Shown piece by piece: positions 21,649 through 32,111 of a DNA stretch of 64,000 nucleotides; the first letter of the stretch is position 1; each line of letters starts with the position of its first letter. The DNA comes from an uncultured Actinomycetota bacterium (GTDB lineage Bacteria; Actinomycetota; Actinomycetes; JACCUZ01): positions 1,349,171 to 1,413,170 of the forward strand of contig CAVVAH010000004.1 in assembly GCA_963746175.1 (NCBI GenBank), read 5' to 3'. The notes beneath the pieces were generated by a model that saw only the letters and a program-made list of their open reading frames with translations, did not search any database and was not told where the DNA came from. The translations under genes were made by a program, and so were the position numbers.

Positions 21649-24041
21649 TCAGGCCACGATCGGCGACCCCGGCGCTCCGGCCAGCACGACGTCGAGCAGC
21701 CGGACCGCGCCGGCCTTGTCCAGGGGGTCGTTGCCGTTGCCGCACTTCGGCGACTGGACGCAGGACGGGCAGCCCTCGAGGCACTCGCAGGAGGAGATGG
21801 CGTCGCGGGTCGCCCGCAGCCACGCGACGGCCGCGGCGTGGCCGCGCTCGGCGAAGCCCGCCCCGCCCGGGTGCCCGTCGTAGACGAAGACCGTCATCCG
21901 GCCGGTGTCGAGGTGGTGGGCGGTGGACACCCCGCCGATGTCCCACCGGTCGCAGGTGGCGAAGAGCGGCAGCAGGCCGATGGAGGCGTGCTCGGCGGCG
22001 TGCGCCGAGCCGGGGACGTCGGCGGTGGCCAGCCCGGCCCGCTCCAGGCCCGCCTCGTCGACGGTCCACCAGACCGCCCGGGTGCGGAGGTGGCGCGGGG
22101 GCAGGTCCAGCGGCTCCTCGCCGAGCACCTCGTTGGTGATCACGCGCCGGCGGAGGAACGAGACCACCTGGTTGGTCACCTGGACGCTGCCGAAGGACAG
22201 CGTCACGTGCTCCCAGGACCGGGTGTGCGCCGTCTCCACGACGTCGATCTCGGTGACGTCCCGGGCGACCGTCGTCCAGTCCGGCTCGGCCCGCCCGACC
22301 CGGGCCACCTGCTCGGCGAGGTCCAGCGAGGAGACCAGGTAGGTCTCGCCCTGGTGCACGTAGACCGCACCGTCGTGGACGGTGGCGTGCGCGGAGGCGC
22401 CGTCGACGGTGCCGAGCAGCCGGCCGGTGCCCTCCTCGACCAGGCCCACCGGACCCGCGCCCACCCCCCGGATGTCGGCGAGGTCGCTGGCCCGCTCGTT
22501 GCGGGTCCAGTACAGCCCGGCCGGGCGGCGGCGCAGCAGCTCACGGTCGACGAGCCGGTCGGCCACCTCGGCAGCGTCCGGTGCGAACAGCGGCAGCTCG
22601 TCGTCCCGCAGCGGAGGGAGCTCGGAGGCCGCGGCGCACAGGTGCGGGGCGAGCACGTGCGGGTTGCCGGGGTCGAGGACGGTGGCCTCCACCGGCTGGC
22701 CGAACAACGTCTCGGGATGGTGGGTGAGGTAGGTGTCGAGCGGGTCGTCGCGGGCCACCAGCACCGCGAGGGCGCCCTGCCCGGCCCGGCCCGCGCGGCC
22801 GGCCTGCTGCCACAGCGACGCCCGGGTGCCGGGCCAGCCGGCGAGCAGGACGGCGTCCAGCCCGGCGATGTCGACGCCGAGCTCCAGCGCGTTCGTGCTG
22901 GCGACCCCGAGCAGCCGGCCGGCCTGCAGGTCGGCCTCGAGCGCCCGGCGCTCCTCGGGGAGGTAGCCGGCCCGGTAGGCGGCCACCCGGCCGGGCAGCT
23001 CGGGGTCGACCTCGGCGAGCAGCCGCCGCGCGGTGGACGACACCGTCTCGGCCGAGCGCCGGGACCGCACGAAGGCGACCGACCGGACCCCGTCGGCGAC
23101 CAGGTCGGCGAGCAGGTCGGCGACCTCGGCGGTCGCCGACCGGCGTACCGGCGCCTGGTGCTCGCCGGCGAGCTCGGTGAGCGGCGGCTCCCAGAGCGCG
23201 AACAGCAGCTCGCCCCGCGGCGACCCGTCGTCGGTCACCGGGACGACCTCGCGCCCGACCAGCCTGGCCGGCGGACACCTCCGGCTCGGACACGGTCGCG
23301 GACGCGAGCACGAACACCGGGTCGGAGCCGTAGTGCGCGCAGACCCGTTGCAGCCGCCGCAGCACCGCCGCGACGTGCGAGCCGAACACCCCGCGGTAGC
23401 GGTGGCACTCGTCGACGACGACGACCTCGAGGTCGCGCAGGAACCGGGCCCACCGCGGGTGTCCGGGCAGGATCGACCGGTGCAGCATGTCGGGGTTGCT
23501 GAGCACGTACGACGCGTGCTGGCGGACCCAGTCGCGCGACTCGCCCGGGGTGTCGCCGTCGTAGGTCGCGGCGCGGACCGGCTCGAGCCCCAGCCCGGTC
23601 ACCGCCCGCAGCTGGTCGGCGGCCAGGGCCTTGGTGGGGGAGAGGTACAGCGTCGTCGGCGGCGTCCCGATCCCGCCCCGGTCGGCGGCGTCGAGCACCC
23701 CGGTCAGCGCGGGCAGCAGGTAGCAGAGCGACTTGCCGGAGGCGGTGCCGGTGGCGACCACCGTCGAGCGGCCGGCCCGGACGTGCTCGGCTGCCTCGAC
23801 CTGGTGGCTCCACGGCTCCTCGACACCGGACTTCACCAGCGCGTCGACCAGGTCGGGATGCACCCAGCCCGGCCAGCCGACCGGACGCCCGGCGCGGCCC
23901 TGGACCCGCTCGACGTGCGTCAGCCGCTGGCGCCGGCCGGCGGGCGCGAGCAGCCGGGCCAGCCGGCGGTCGGCGTCCGACGCGGCGACCACGTCGGCAG
24001 CCGGGTCGTCGCCGGGCTCGGGCGGTGGCACGCCGCGAGTG
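21649..24041 (-). pseudogene. YprA/MrfA-type DEAD/DEAH helicase with C-terminal DUF1998 zinc ribbon, interrupted by an apparent +1 frameshift near 23270-23285
   Basis: Upstream frame carries Walker [12 protein letters not shown] and the DEAH box [11 protein letters not shown]. Downstream frame carries the helicase C-domain and the CECLEGCPSCVQSPKCGNGN zinc ribbon. Removing one G from CCGGCC restores ...[21 protein letters not shown].... Confidence 0.7.
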
Positions 24042-24197
24042 TGCCACCGGGCCGGGACACGACCCTGGGCCCGCGCTGGGCCGTCCGAGGGCGTCCGCGC
24101 ATCGCGGGAGCCCGGGATGGTTGAATGCGACCGGTCACGGGGCAGGACCCGTGCACAACCGTCCGGCCCCGATCGCTGAACCCTGCAGGAGGACTTC

Positions 24198-24540
24198 GTG
24201 GACCTCTCCCTCTCGACCCGCACCGAGGGTGACCGCACGATCGTCGAGGTGGGCGGCGAGATCGACGTCTACACGGCCCCGCGGCTGCGCGAGCAGCTGG
24301 TGGACCTGGTCGCCGACGGCAAGTACCACCTCGTGGTCGACATGGAGCGGGTCGACTTCCTCGACTCCACCGGGCCTGGGCGTGCTGGTGGGCGGCCTCA
24401 AGCGGGTGCGTGCCCACGACGGGTCGCTGCGCCTGGTCTGCACCCAGGAGCGCATCCTCAAGATCTTCCGCATCACCGGTCTCACCAAGGTCTTCCCGAT
24501 CCACTCCTCGGTCGACGAGGCGGTCAGCGCCACCGAGTGA
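24198..24540 (+). pseudogene. STAS-domain anti-sigma factor antagonist (BldG-like), split by an apparent 1-bp insertion at 24373-24381 (GGGCCTGGG)
   Basis: Frame 1 gives [34 protein letters not shown]...FLDSTG. Frame 2 continues [57 protein letters not shown] start with GGAGGA RBS. Confidence 0.7.
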
Positions 24541-24597
24541 CGGCCGGCACCGAGCGCACAGACGGCACCACGAGCACCGCACCGAGGAAGGTCCCCC

Positions 24598-25023
24598 GTG
24601 GCCACGGTTGAGCTGAGGTTCAGCGCCCTGCCGGCGCACGTCCGCACCGCCCGCCTGGTCGCCGCCGCGGTCGCCCGGCGCTCGGGCGTGGACGAGAGCG
24701 TCCTCGACGAGGTCCGGCTGGCCGTCGGCGAGGCCTGCTCGCGCGCGGTGCACCTGCACCGCCGGCACTGCCCGGACCGCCCGGTCCTGGTCACGCTGGT
24801 CGACGACGACGACGCCTTCCGGGTCGCGGTGACCGACGAGGCACCGGCCGAGCCCGGCGCCGAGGGCTTCGGCGCCCTCGCCGACGTCGCCGACCTGGTC
24901 GACGCCGAGGCGGTCCCGCCCGGCGTCGGGCTGGCCGTGATCAGCGGTCTGGTCGACGACGTGGCGGTCGAGCCCGGCCGCGAGTCCGGCGTGGTCGTCC
25001 GGATGACCTGGCCCACCGGCTAG
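24598..25023 (+). CDS. anti-sigma regulatory factor (RsbW/SpoIIAB-like HATPase_c Ser/Thr kinase)
   Basis: 141 aa immediately downstream of the STAS gene. HATPase-like segments ([12 protein letters not shown]; [14 protein letters not shown]). RBS GAGGAAGG precedes the GTG at 24598. Confidence 0.7.
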   Translation: MATVELRFSALPAHVRTARLVAAAVARRSGVDESVLDEVRLAVGEACSRAVHLHRRHCPDRPVLVTLVDDDDAFRVAVTDEAPAEPGAEGFGALADVADLVDAEAVPPGVGLAVISGLVDDVAVEPGRESGVVVRMTWPTG

Positions 25024-25230
25024 AGCCCCGTCCCGTCGCCCGGTTCGCGTCCGGCCGTCGGCGCTGCGTAGACTCCCGGCGCGCTGGGTCCGTCCCCGCC
25101 CGAACGCCTGCGTCTCGGGCTGCCGGGGCCGACCACGGAGAGGTCCGGCCTCTCTTGCGCAGACTCGAACATCCGGGTGGCTCGCCGCGTCCTGCGGTGG
25201 CGCCTGACAGTGGTTTGTCTAGGAGGACGC

Positions 25231-27585
25231 ATGTCGGGGCTCACCCGTGCCGCCAGCGGTGACACGCTCGATCTGAGCGGCGCCAACATCAGCTACGTCG
25301 TGGTGGTCGCCGCCATCGCCCTCGTGGCGCTCGGGTTCGCGGTCGCGCTGCGCAGCAGCGTGCTCGCCACCGGGCAGGGCACCGAGAAGATGCAGGGCAT
25401 CGCCGCCGCCGTGCAGGAGGGCGCGTCCGCGTTCCTCACCCGGCAGTTCAGGACCCTGGCCGCGTTCGCCGTGCTGGCGCTCGTGCTGCTGAGCCTGCTG
25501 CCCGCCGACACGGCGTCGATCCGCATCGGTCGCTCGGTGTTCTTCCTCGTCGGCGCCGGCTTCTCGTCGTTCATCGCGTACGCCGGCATGGGGCTCGCGA
25601 CCCGCGCGAACCTGCGGGTGGCCGCCGCCGCCCGCGAGGCCGACGGCGCCGCGCAGGCCATGAAGATCGCGTTCCGCACGGGTGGCGTCGTGGGCTTCCT
25701 CACCGTGGGCCTCGGCCTGCTCGGCGCGGCCGCCGTCGTCCTCATCTACAAGGGCGACGCCCCGACCGTGCTCGAGGGCTTCGGCTTCGGGGCCGCGCTG
25801 CTCGCGATGTTCATCCGGGTCGGCGGCGGCATCTTCACCAAGGCCGCCGACGTCGGCGCCGACCTGGTCGGCAAGGTCGAGCAGGGCATCCCCGAGGACG
25901 ACCCGCGCAACGCCGCCACCATTGCCGACAACGTCGGTGACAACGTCGGCGACTGCGCCGGGATGGCTGCCGACCTGTTCGAGTCGTACGCCGTGACGCT
26001 GGTCGCCGCGCTGATCCTCGGCAAGGCCGCCTTCGGCGAGGAGGGCCTCGTCTTCCCGCTGATCGTCCCGGCGCTGGGCGCCGTCACCGCGATCATCGGT
26101 GTGTTCCTCACCAAGCTGCGGCCGACCGACCGCAGCGGGATGCAGGCGATCAACCGCGCGTTCTTCACCTCGGCCGCCATCTCGGCCGTGCTCTGCGCGA
26201 TCGCCGCCTTCGTCTACCTGCCCTCGCGGCTGGACGGGCTGAACAACGGCGACGTCGCAGCGATCCAGGGGATCATCGACGACGCCGGCGCGGGTCGCGA
26301 CCCGCGCCTGATGGCCATCGGCGCCGTCGTCATCGGCATCCTGCTCGCGTCGGTCATCCAGCTGCTCACCGGCTACTTCACCGAGAGCAGCAAGCGCCCG
26401 GTGCAGGACATCGTCCGCACCTCGCTGACCGGCCCGGCCACCGTCATCCTGTCCGGCTTCACCGTCGGCCTCGAGTCGGCCGTCTACACCGCGCTGCTCA
26501 TCGGCAGCGCCGTCTTCGGCGCCTACCTGCTCGGTGGCGGGTCGGTCATCCTCGGCCTGTTCTGCGTGGCGCTGGCCGGCACCGGCCTGCTGACCACGGT
26601 CGGCGTCATCGTCGCCATGGACACCTTCGGCCCGATCTCGGACAACGCCCAGGGCATCGCCGAGATGTCCGGCGACATCGACGAGGAGGGTGCCCGCGTG
26701 CTCACCGACCTCGACGCGGTCGGCAACACCACCAAGGCGATCACCAAGGGCATCGCCATCTCCACCGCGGTGCTCGCCGCGACGGCGCTGTTCGGCTCGT
26801 TCACCGATGCCGTGCAGACCGCAGTCGACGACACCGGGGCGACGCTCGACGACAACGTGCGCAACCTGCAGTACACCGGTGTGCTCAACGTGTCGGACCC
26901 CAAGAACCTGGTCGGACTGATCATCGGCGCCTCGGTGGTCTTCATGTTCTCGTCGCTCGCGATCAACGCGGTGACCCGCGCCGCCGGCGCCATCGTGTTC
27001 GAGGTGCGTCGCCAGTTCCGCGAGATCCCCGGGATCATGGACGGCACCGGCAAGCCGGAGTACGGCAAGGTCGTGGACATCTGCACCCGCGACTCGCTGC
27101 GCGAGCTGGCCACCCCCGGCCTGCTCGCGGTGCTCGCCCCCATCGCCGTCGGCTTCGGTCTCGGCGTCGGCGCGCTCGGCTCGTACCTCGCCGGTGCGAT
27201 CGCGACCGGCACGCTGATGGCGATCCTGCTGGCCAACTCCGGTGGCGCCTGGGACAACGCGAAGAAGACCGTCGAGGACGGCGCGTACGGCGGCAAGGGC
27301 TCTCCTGCCCACGAGGCGACCGTCATCGGGGACACCGTCGGCGACCCCTTCAAGGACACCGCCGGCCCGGCCATCAACCCGCTCATCAAGGTGATGAACC
27401 TGGTGTCGCTGCTCATCGCGCCGGCCATCGTGTCGCTCTCGATCGGCGACGACTCGAGCACGCCGCTGCGGATCCTCGTGGCCCTGGTCGCCGTGGCGAT
27501 CATCGCCGGCGCGGTCTACTGGTCGAAGCGCAAGAGCATCGCGGTCGCCGAGGAGAAGGAAGAAGCCGGCGTCGCGCAGGTCTGA
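25231..27585 (+). CDS. hppA: K+-insensitive pyrophosphate-energized proton pump (membrane H+-PPase)
   Basis: 784 aa. PPase motifs GGIFTKAADVGADLVGKVE, DNVGDNVGDCAGMAADLFESY and DTVGDPFKDTAGP. ATG follows AGGAGG. Confidence 0.95.
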   Translation: MSGLTRAASGDTLDLSGANISYVVVVAAIALVALGFAVALRSSVLATGQGTEKMQGIAAAVQEGASAFLTRQFRTLAAFAVLALVLLSLLPADTASIRIGRSVFFLVGAGFSSFIAYAGMGLATRANLRVAAAAREADGAAQAMKIAFRTGGVVGFLTVGLGLLGAAAVVLIYKGDAPTVLEGFGFGAALLAMFIRVGGGIFTKAADVGADLVGKVEQGIPEDDPRNAATIADNVGDNVGDCAGMAADLFESYAVTLVAALILGKAAFGEEGLVFPLIVPALGAVTAIIGVFLTKLRPTDRSGMQAINRAFFTSAAISAVLCAIAAFVYLPSRLDGLNNGDVAAIQGIIDDAGAGRDPRLMAIGAVVIGILLASVIQLLTGYFTESSKRPVQDIVRTSLTGPATVILSGFTVGLESAVYTALLIGSAVFGAYLLGGGSVILGLFCVALAGTGLLTTVGVIVAMDTFGPISDNAQGIAEMSGDIDEEGARVLTDLDAVGNTTKAITKGIAISTAVLAATALFGSFTDAVQTAVDDTGATLDDNVRNLQYTGVLNVSDPKNLVGLIIGASVVFMFSSLAINAVTRAAGAIVFEVRRQFREIPGIMDGTGKPEYGKVVDICTRDSLRELATPGLLAVLAPIAVGFGLGVGALGSYLAGAIATGTLMAILLANSGGAWDNAKKTVEDGAYGGKGSPAHEATVIGDTVGDPFKDTAGPAINPLIKVMNLVSLLIAPAIVSLSIGDDSSTPLRILVALVAVAIIAGAVYWSKRKSIAVAEEKEEAGVAQV

Positions 27586-27724
27586 CGACGAGCCGACCCG
27601 TCCTGCGTCGTACGCCGGCGCCGACCGGCTGCGCGCGGCGTTCCTGGCGGCCGGCTACACGGTCGACGGCGTCGCGGAGCTGCTCGGTCCGACGGCGCAG
27701 GCCGCGCTGGGCCGGCACGAGACG

Positions 27725-29080
27725 GTGCCGGCCCGGCGGGCCACCGCGGACGGCGGACCGCTCGCGACGCTGGTGCGGCTCTTCCTGCTGCAGCAGGAGG
27801 TTGCTCAGGCGGACGTCGCCGCCGTGCTGCCGCTGGACGTCGCGGTGTCCCTCGGCGTCCTCGGCGCCGACGGTGACGCGGTCCGCGCCCGCGTGGATCT
27901 TCGACCGTATGCCGAGGAGGACGCCGACGCGGACGAGCGCTGGTGGGTGGTGTCCGACCTCGGGACCGGCCTCGACGGCGTGCACCGGCCGCTCGACGGC
28001 GAGCACGTGCTCGGGATCGGCGGTGCGTCGACGACCCTCGCGCAGCTCACGCCGCGTGACCCGGTCGGCCGCACCCTCGACGTCGGCACCGGCTCCGGGG
28101 TGCAGGCCCTGCACGCGAGCCGGCACAGCGGCACGGTCGTGGGCACCGACGTGTCCCGGCGGGCGGTGCAGCTCGCGGGGCTGACCGCGGCACTGTCCGC
28201 GGTCGAGGTCGACCTGCGCGAGGGCGACCTGCTGGAGCCGGTGACGGGGGAGTCGTTCGACCTCGTCGTGAGCAACCCGCCGTTCGTGATCGGCGCGCCG
28301 GAGTCGCGCACCTACCGCGACAGCGGCCTGCCGCTCGACACCGTCGGCGCCCGCCTCGCCGGGCAGGCGCCCGGCCTGCTGACCGCCGGCGGCACCCTGG
28401 TCATGCTGGCCAACTGGGTGCACCGCGACGGCGAGGACTGGCAGGACCGCGTCACGGGCTGGCTGCCGCCGCGCGGCGTCGACGCCCTCGTGGTGCAGCG
28501 CGAGCTGCTGGACCCGCCGGCGTACGTCGCGACCTGGTTGGCCGACGCGGGTGAGCGCGGCAACCCGTCGTACGTCGAGCGGTACGACGCCTGGCTGGCC
28601 GCTCTCGAGCGCGAGCACGTGGCCGCGGTGGGCCTGGGCTTCGTCGTGCTGCGGCGCACCGGCGCGGACCGGAGGGTGACCACGCTCGACTGGCCGCACC
28701 CGGTGGAGCAGCCGCTCGGGCCGCACCTCGCGACCTGGCTGGACCGCCAGCGGTGGCTCGCGGACCACGCCTCGGACCAGGCGCTCGCAGCAGCAACGGT
28801 GCGGCTGGCGCCGGACGTCGTCCAGGAGCAGCTCGGCCGTCCCGGCGCCGAGGACCCTGAGCAGGTCGTCCTGCGCCAGCAGACCGGGTTGCGGCGTGCC
28901 TTCGCCGCCGACACGGGCACCGCGGCGCTCGTCGGTGCGTGCGACGGGACGCTCGGCGTGGGCAGACTGGTCGACGCCGTGCGCGAGGTGCTCGGCGACC
29001 ACGCCTCAGGGGGGACCTCGCACCTGCTCGCACAGGTGCGTGTCATGGTCGGGGCGGGTGTCCTGACACCATCCCCTTGA
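27725..29080 (+). CDS. class I SAM-dependent methyltransferase (NPPF motif; RsmC/HemK-like small MTase domain with a long N-terminal domain)
   Basis: Motif I LDVGTGSGV, motif IV FDLVVSNPPF. The in-frame upstream region (27600-27724) encodes the conserved-looking DRLRAAFLAAGYTVDGVAELLG but has no ATG/GTG/TTG, so the true start is uncertain. Confidence 0.7.
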   Translation: MPARRATADGGPLATLVRLFLLQQEVAQADVAAVLPLDVAVSLGVLGADGDAVRARVDLRPYAEEDADADERWWVVSDLGTGLDGVHRPLDGEHVLGIGGASTTLAQLTPRDPVGRTLDVGTGSGVQALHASRHSGTVVGTDVSRRAVQLAGLTAALSAVEVDLREGDLLEPVTGESFDLVVSNPPFVIGAPESRTYRDSGLPLDTVGARLAGQAPGLLTAGGTLVMLANWVHRDGEDWQDRVTGWLPPRGVDALVVQRELLDPPAYVATWLADAGERGNPSYVERYDAWLAALEREHVAAVGLGFVVLRRTGADRRVTTLDWPHPVEQPLGPHLATWLDRQRWLADHASDQALAAATVRLAPDVVQEQLGRPGAEDPEQVVLRQQTGLRRAFAADTGTAALVGACDGTLGVGRLVDAVREVLGDHASGGTSHLLAQVRVMVGAGVLTPSP

Positions 29081-29176
29081 CAGGGCGGGGCACCATGAGC
29101 CCGCCGACCGGCACGCCCCACGAGCCGGCCGGACTACCGCACGATCGACTACAGGACAGGCAGGGACGAGCAGCCG

Positions 29177-31999
29177 ATGGCCGCGAAGGACCAGGAGCAG
29201 ACCGGCACCAGGAAGCTGGTGATCGTCGAGTCGCCCGCCAAGGCGAAGACGATCGCCGGCTACCTCGGGCCCGGCTTCGACGTCGAGGCCAGCGTCGGCC
29301 ACATCCGCGACCTGCCCACGCCGTCCGAGCTGCCGGCCGCCGAGAAGAAGGGCCGCTTCGGGAAGTTCGCGGTCGACGTCGACGCCGACTTCGAGCCGTT
29401 CTACGTCGTCGACGCCGACAAGAAGAAGAAGGTGTCCGAGCTCAAGCGCGCCCTCAAGCAGGCGGACGAGCTCTTCCTCGCGACGGACGAGGACCGCGAG
29501 GGCGAGGCCATCGCCTGGCACCTGCTGCAGGTCCTCGAGCCGACGGTCCCGGTGCGCCGGATGGTCTTCCACGAGATCACCCGCGACGCGATCCGCGCCG
29601 CCGTCGAGCAGACCCGCGACCTCGACCAGGACATGGTCGACGCCCAGGAGACCCGCCGCATCCTCGACCGGCTCTACGGCTACGAGGTGTCGCCCGTCCT
29701 CTGGCGCAAGATCCGGCAGGGGCTCTCGGCCGGCCGGGTGCAGTCCGTCGCGACCCGGCTGGTCGTCGAGCGGGAGCGGGAGCGGATCGCGTTCCGCGTG
29801 GCGTCGTACTGGGACGTCGAGGCGACGTTCGACACCTCGAGCACTGAGGACGCGCGCTCCCAGCCGTTCGACGCGCGGCTGGTCGCGGTCGACGGCAAGC
29901 GGGTCGCCACCGGTCGCGACTTCGGCAGCGACGGCAGGCCGGTCGCGCGGTTCGAGGGCGTGCAGCTCGACGAGGCGGCGGCGACGTCCCTGGCGGCCGG
30001 GTTGCGCGAGTCGTCCTTCGCCGTGCGATCGGTGGAGGACAAGCCGTACACCCGTCGGCCGGCGGCGCCGTTCATGACCTCGACGCTGCAGCAGGAGGCC
30101 AGCCGCAAGCTGCGGATGACGGCGCAGACCGCGATGCGGGTCGCGCAGCGGCTGTACGAGAACGGCTACATCACCTACATGCGTACCGACTCGACGACGC
30201 TGTCGGAGTCGGCGCTGAACGCCGCCCGGTCGCAGGCCCGCGAGATCTACGGCCCGGAGTACGTCCCCGACGTCCCCCGCCGGTACGAGCGCAAGGTGAA
30301 GAACGCCCAGGAGGCGCACGAGGCGATCCGCCCGTCCGGCGACGCGTTCCGTACGCCGGGCCAGGTGGCCGGCGAGCTCAGCCGCGACGAGCTGGCGCTC
30401 TACGACCTGATCTGGAAGCGCACCGTCGCGTCCCAGATGGCCGACGCCCGCGGCCAGACCGCGACCGTCCGGATGGGCGCGACCAGCGCCGACGGGCGGG
30501 ACGCGGAGTTCTCGGTGAGCGGCACCGTCATCACCTTCCGCGGCTTCCTCGCGGCCTACGAGGAGGGCCGCGACGAGGACGAGGCCGCTCGTCGCGACGA
30601 CGACGAGGCCGAGCGGCGGCTGCCGGTGATGCGCCAGGGCGACCCGCTCGCGGTGCTCGACCTGCGCCCCGACGGGCACGCCACCTCGCCGCCGGCGCGC
30701 TACACCGAGCCCACCCTGGTGCGGGCGCTGGAGGAGCGGGGCATCGGCCGGCCGTCGACGTACGCCTCGATCCTCGGCACGATCATCGACCGCGGCTACG
30801 TCTTCAAGCGCGGGTCGGCGCTGGTGCCGTCCTGGCTGGCGTTCGCCACCATCGGGCTGCTCGAGAAGCACTTCGGCTCGCTCGTCGACTACGACTTCAC
30901 CGCCGCGATGGAGGAGGACCTCGACCGGATCGCCAACGGCACGATGAACCGCGTCGACTGGCTGCGGCGGTTCTACTTCGGTGAGCGCAGCGAGCCGAAC
31001 AAGCGGCTCAGCGGTGAGCGCAGCGAGCCGGACAAGCGGCTCAGCGGCGAGCGCAGCGAGCCGGACAAGCGGCTCAGCGGGGACAGCGCATCGAACAACG
31101 GGCTCGGCGGGACCGACCCCGGACTGCACGAGCTGGTGTCCGGCTTCGGCGACATCGACGCCCGCGAGGTCAACTCGATCCCCATCGGCGACGGCATCGT
31201 GCTGCGCGTCGGCCGCTACGGCCCCTACGTGCAGCGCGGACCGGACGGCGAGGAGTCGTCGCAGCGCGCGTCGGTGCCGGAGGACATGGCGCCCGACGAG
31301 CTGACCGTCGAGAAGGCCGAGGAGCTGCTCGCCGCGCCCAGCGGCGACCGCGAGCTCGGCGCCGACCCGTCGAGCGGCCTGCAGGTCGTCGCCAAGGCCG
31401 GTCGCTACGGGCCGTACGTCACCGAGGTGCTGCCCGACGACGCACCGAAGTCGGCGAAGCCGCGCACCGGCTCGCTGCTCAAGACGATGTCGCTCGACAC
31501 GGTGACCATCGACGACGCGCTGCGGCTGCTCAGCCTCCCGCGGGTCGTCGGCGTCGACCCGGGCGACGGCGGCGAGATCACCGCGCAGAACGGCCGCTAC
31601 GGGCCGTACCTCAAGAAGGGCACCGACTCCCGGTCGTTGGAGACCGAGGAGCAGATGTTCGACATCACCCTCGAGCAGGCGCTGGCGATCTACGCCCAGC
31701 CCAAGCAGCGCGGGCGCCGGGCGGCGGCGCCGCCCCTCAAGGAGCTCGGCAACGACCCGGCGACCGGCCTGCCGGTCGTGGTCAAGGAGGGCCGATTCGG
31801 GGCGTACGTCACCGACGGGGAGTCCAACGCGACCCTGCGCAAGGCCGACTCGGTGGAGTCCGTGACCATCGAGCGGGCCGCCGAGCTGCTGGCCGAGAAG
31901 CGCGCCAAGGGACCGGCGCCGAAGAAGCGCACGGCCAAGAAGACGGTTGCCAAGAAGACCGCCAAGAAGACGACGAAGAAGACGGCGGCGAAGAAGTAG
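29177..31999 (+). CDS. topA: DNA topoisomerase I with actinobacterial Lys-rich C-terminal tail and an internal 3x11-aa repeat insertion
   Basis: 940 aa. TOPRIM start KLVIVESPAKAKTI. Active-site Tyr region ITYMRTDST. C-terminal KKRTAKKTVAKKTAKKTTKK tail. Confidence 0.95.
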   Translation: MAAKDQEQTGTRKLVIVESPAKAKTIAGYLGPGFDVEASVGHIRDLPTPSELPAAEKKGRFGKFAVDVDADFEPFYVVDADKKKKVSELKRALKQADELFLATDEDREGEAIAWHLLQVLEPTVPVRRMVFHEITRDAIRAAVEQTRDLDQDMVDAQETRRILDRLYGYEVSPVLWRKIRQGLSAGRVQSVATRLVVERERERIAFRVASYWDVEATFDTSSTEDARSQPFDARLVAVDGKRVATGRDFGSDGRPVARFEGVQLDEAAATSLAAGLRESSFAVRSVEDKPYTRRPAAPFMTSTLQQEASRKLRMTAQTAMRVAQRLYENGYITYMRTDSTTLSESALNAARSQAREIYGPEYVPDVPRRYERKVKNAQEAHEAIRPSGDAFRTPGQVAGELSRDELALYDLIWKRTVASQMADARGQTATVRMGATSADGRDAEFSVSGTVITFRGFLAAYEEGRDEDEAARRDDDEAERRLPVMRQGDPLAVLDLRPDGHATSPPARYTEPTLVRALEERGIGRPSTYASILGTIIDRGYVFKRGSALVPSWLAFATIGLLEKHFGSLVDYDFTAAMEEDLDRIANGTMNRVDWLRRFYFGERSEPNKRLSGERSEPDKRLSGERSEPDKRLSGDSASNNGLGGTDPGLHELVSGFGDIDAREVNSIPIGDGIVLRVGRYGPYVQRGPDGEESSQRASVPEDMAPDELTVEKAEELLAAPSGDRELGADPSSGLQVVAKAGRYGPYVTEVLPDDAPKSAKPRTGSLLKTMSLDTVTIDDALRLLSLPRVVGVDPGDGGEITAQNGRYGPYLKKGTDSRSLETEEQMFDITLEQALAIYAQPKQRGRRAAAPPLKELGNDPATGLPVVVKEGRFGAYVTDGESNATLRKADSVESVTIERAAELLAEKRAKGPAPKKRTAKKTVAKKTAKKTTKKTAAKK
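30980..31078 (+). repeat. perfect/near-perfect 33-bp x3 tandem repeat (GGTGAGCGCAGCGAGCCG(A/G)ACAAGCGGCTCAGC) inside topA, encoding GERSEP(N/D)KRLS x3
   Basis: Seen directly in the sequence. Three adjacent units differ at 1-2 positions and are in frame. Confidence 0.9.
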
Positions 32000-32111
32000 C
32001 CGCGCGCGCGGCTTTCCCGCCGCAGGTGCTGTCCGCTCTCCCGCCGTCGCCAGCTGAGCTCAGAGCGGCTGTGGAGGGGCCGCGTGCTGCCGGCTCACCC
32101 GCCGTCCGCCA

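Noticed and set aside
25097-25175. Short GAGAGG-tccgg-CCTCTC hairpin upstream of hppA as a terminator or regulatory element
   Set aside because: The stem is only 6 bp. Such hairpins are frequent by chance in this composition.
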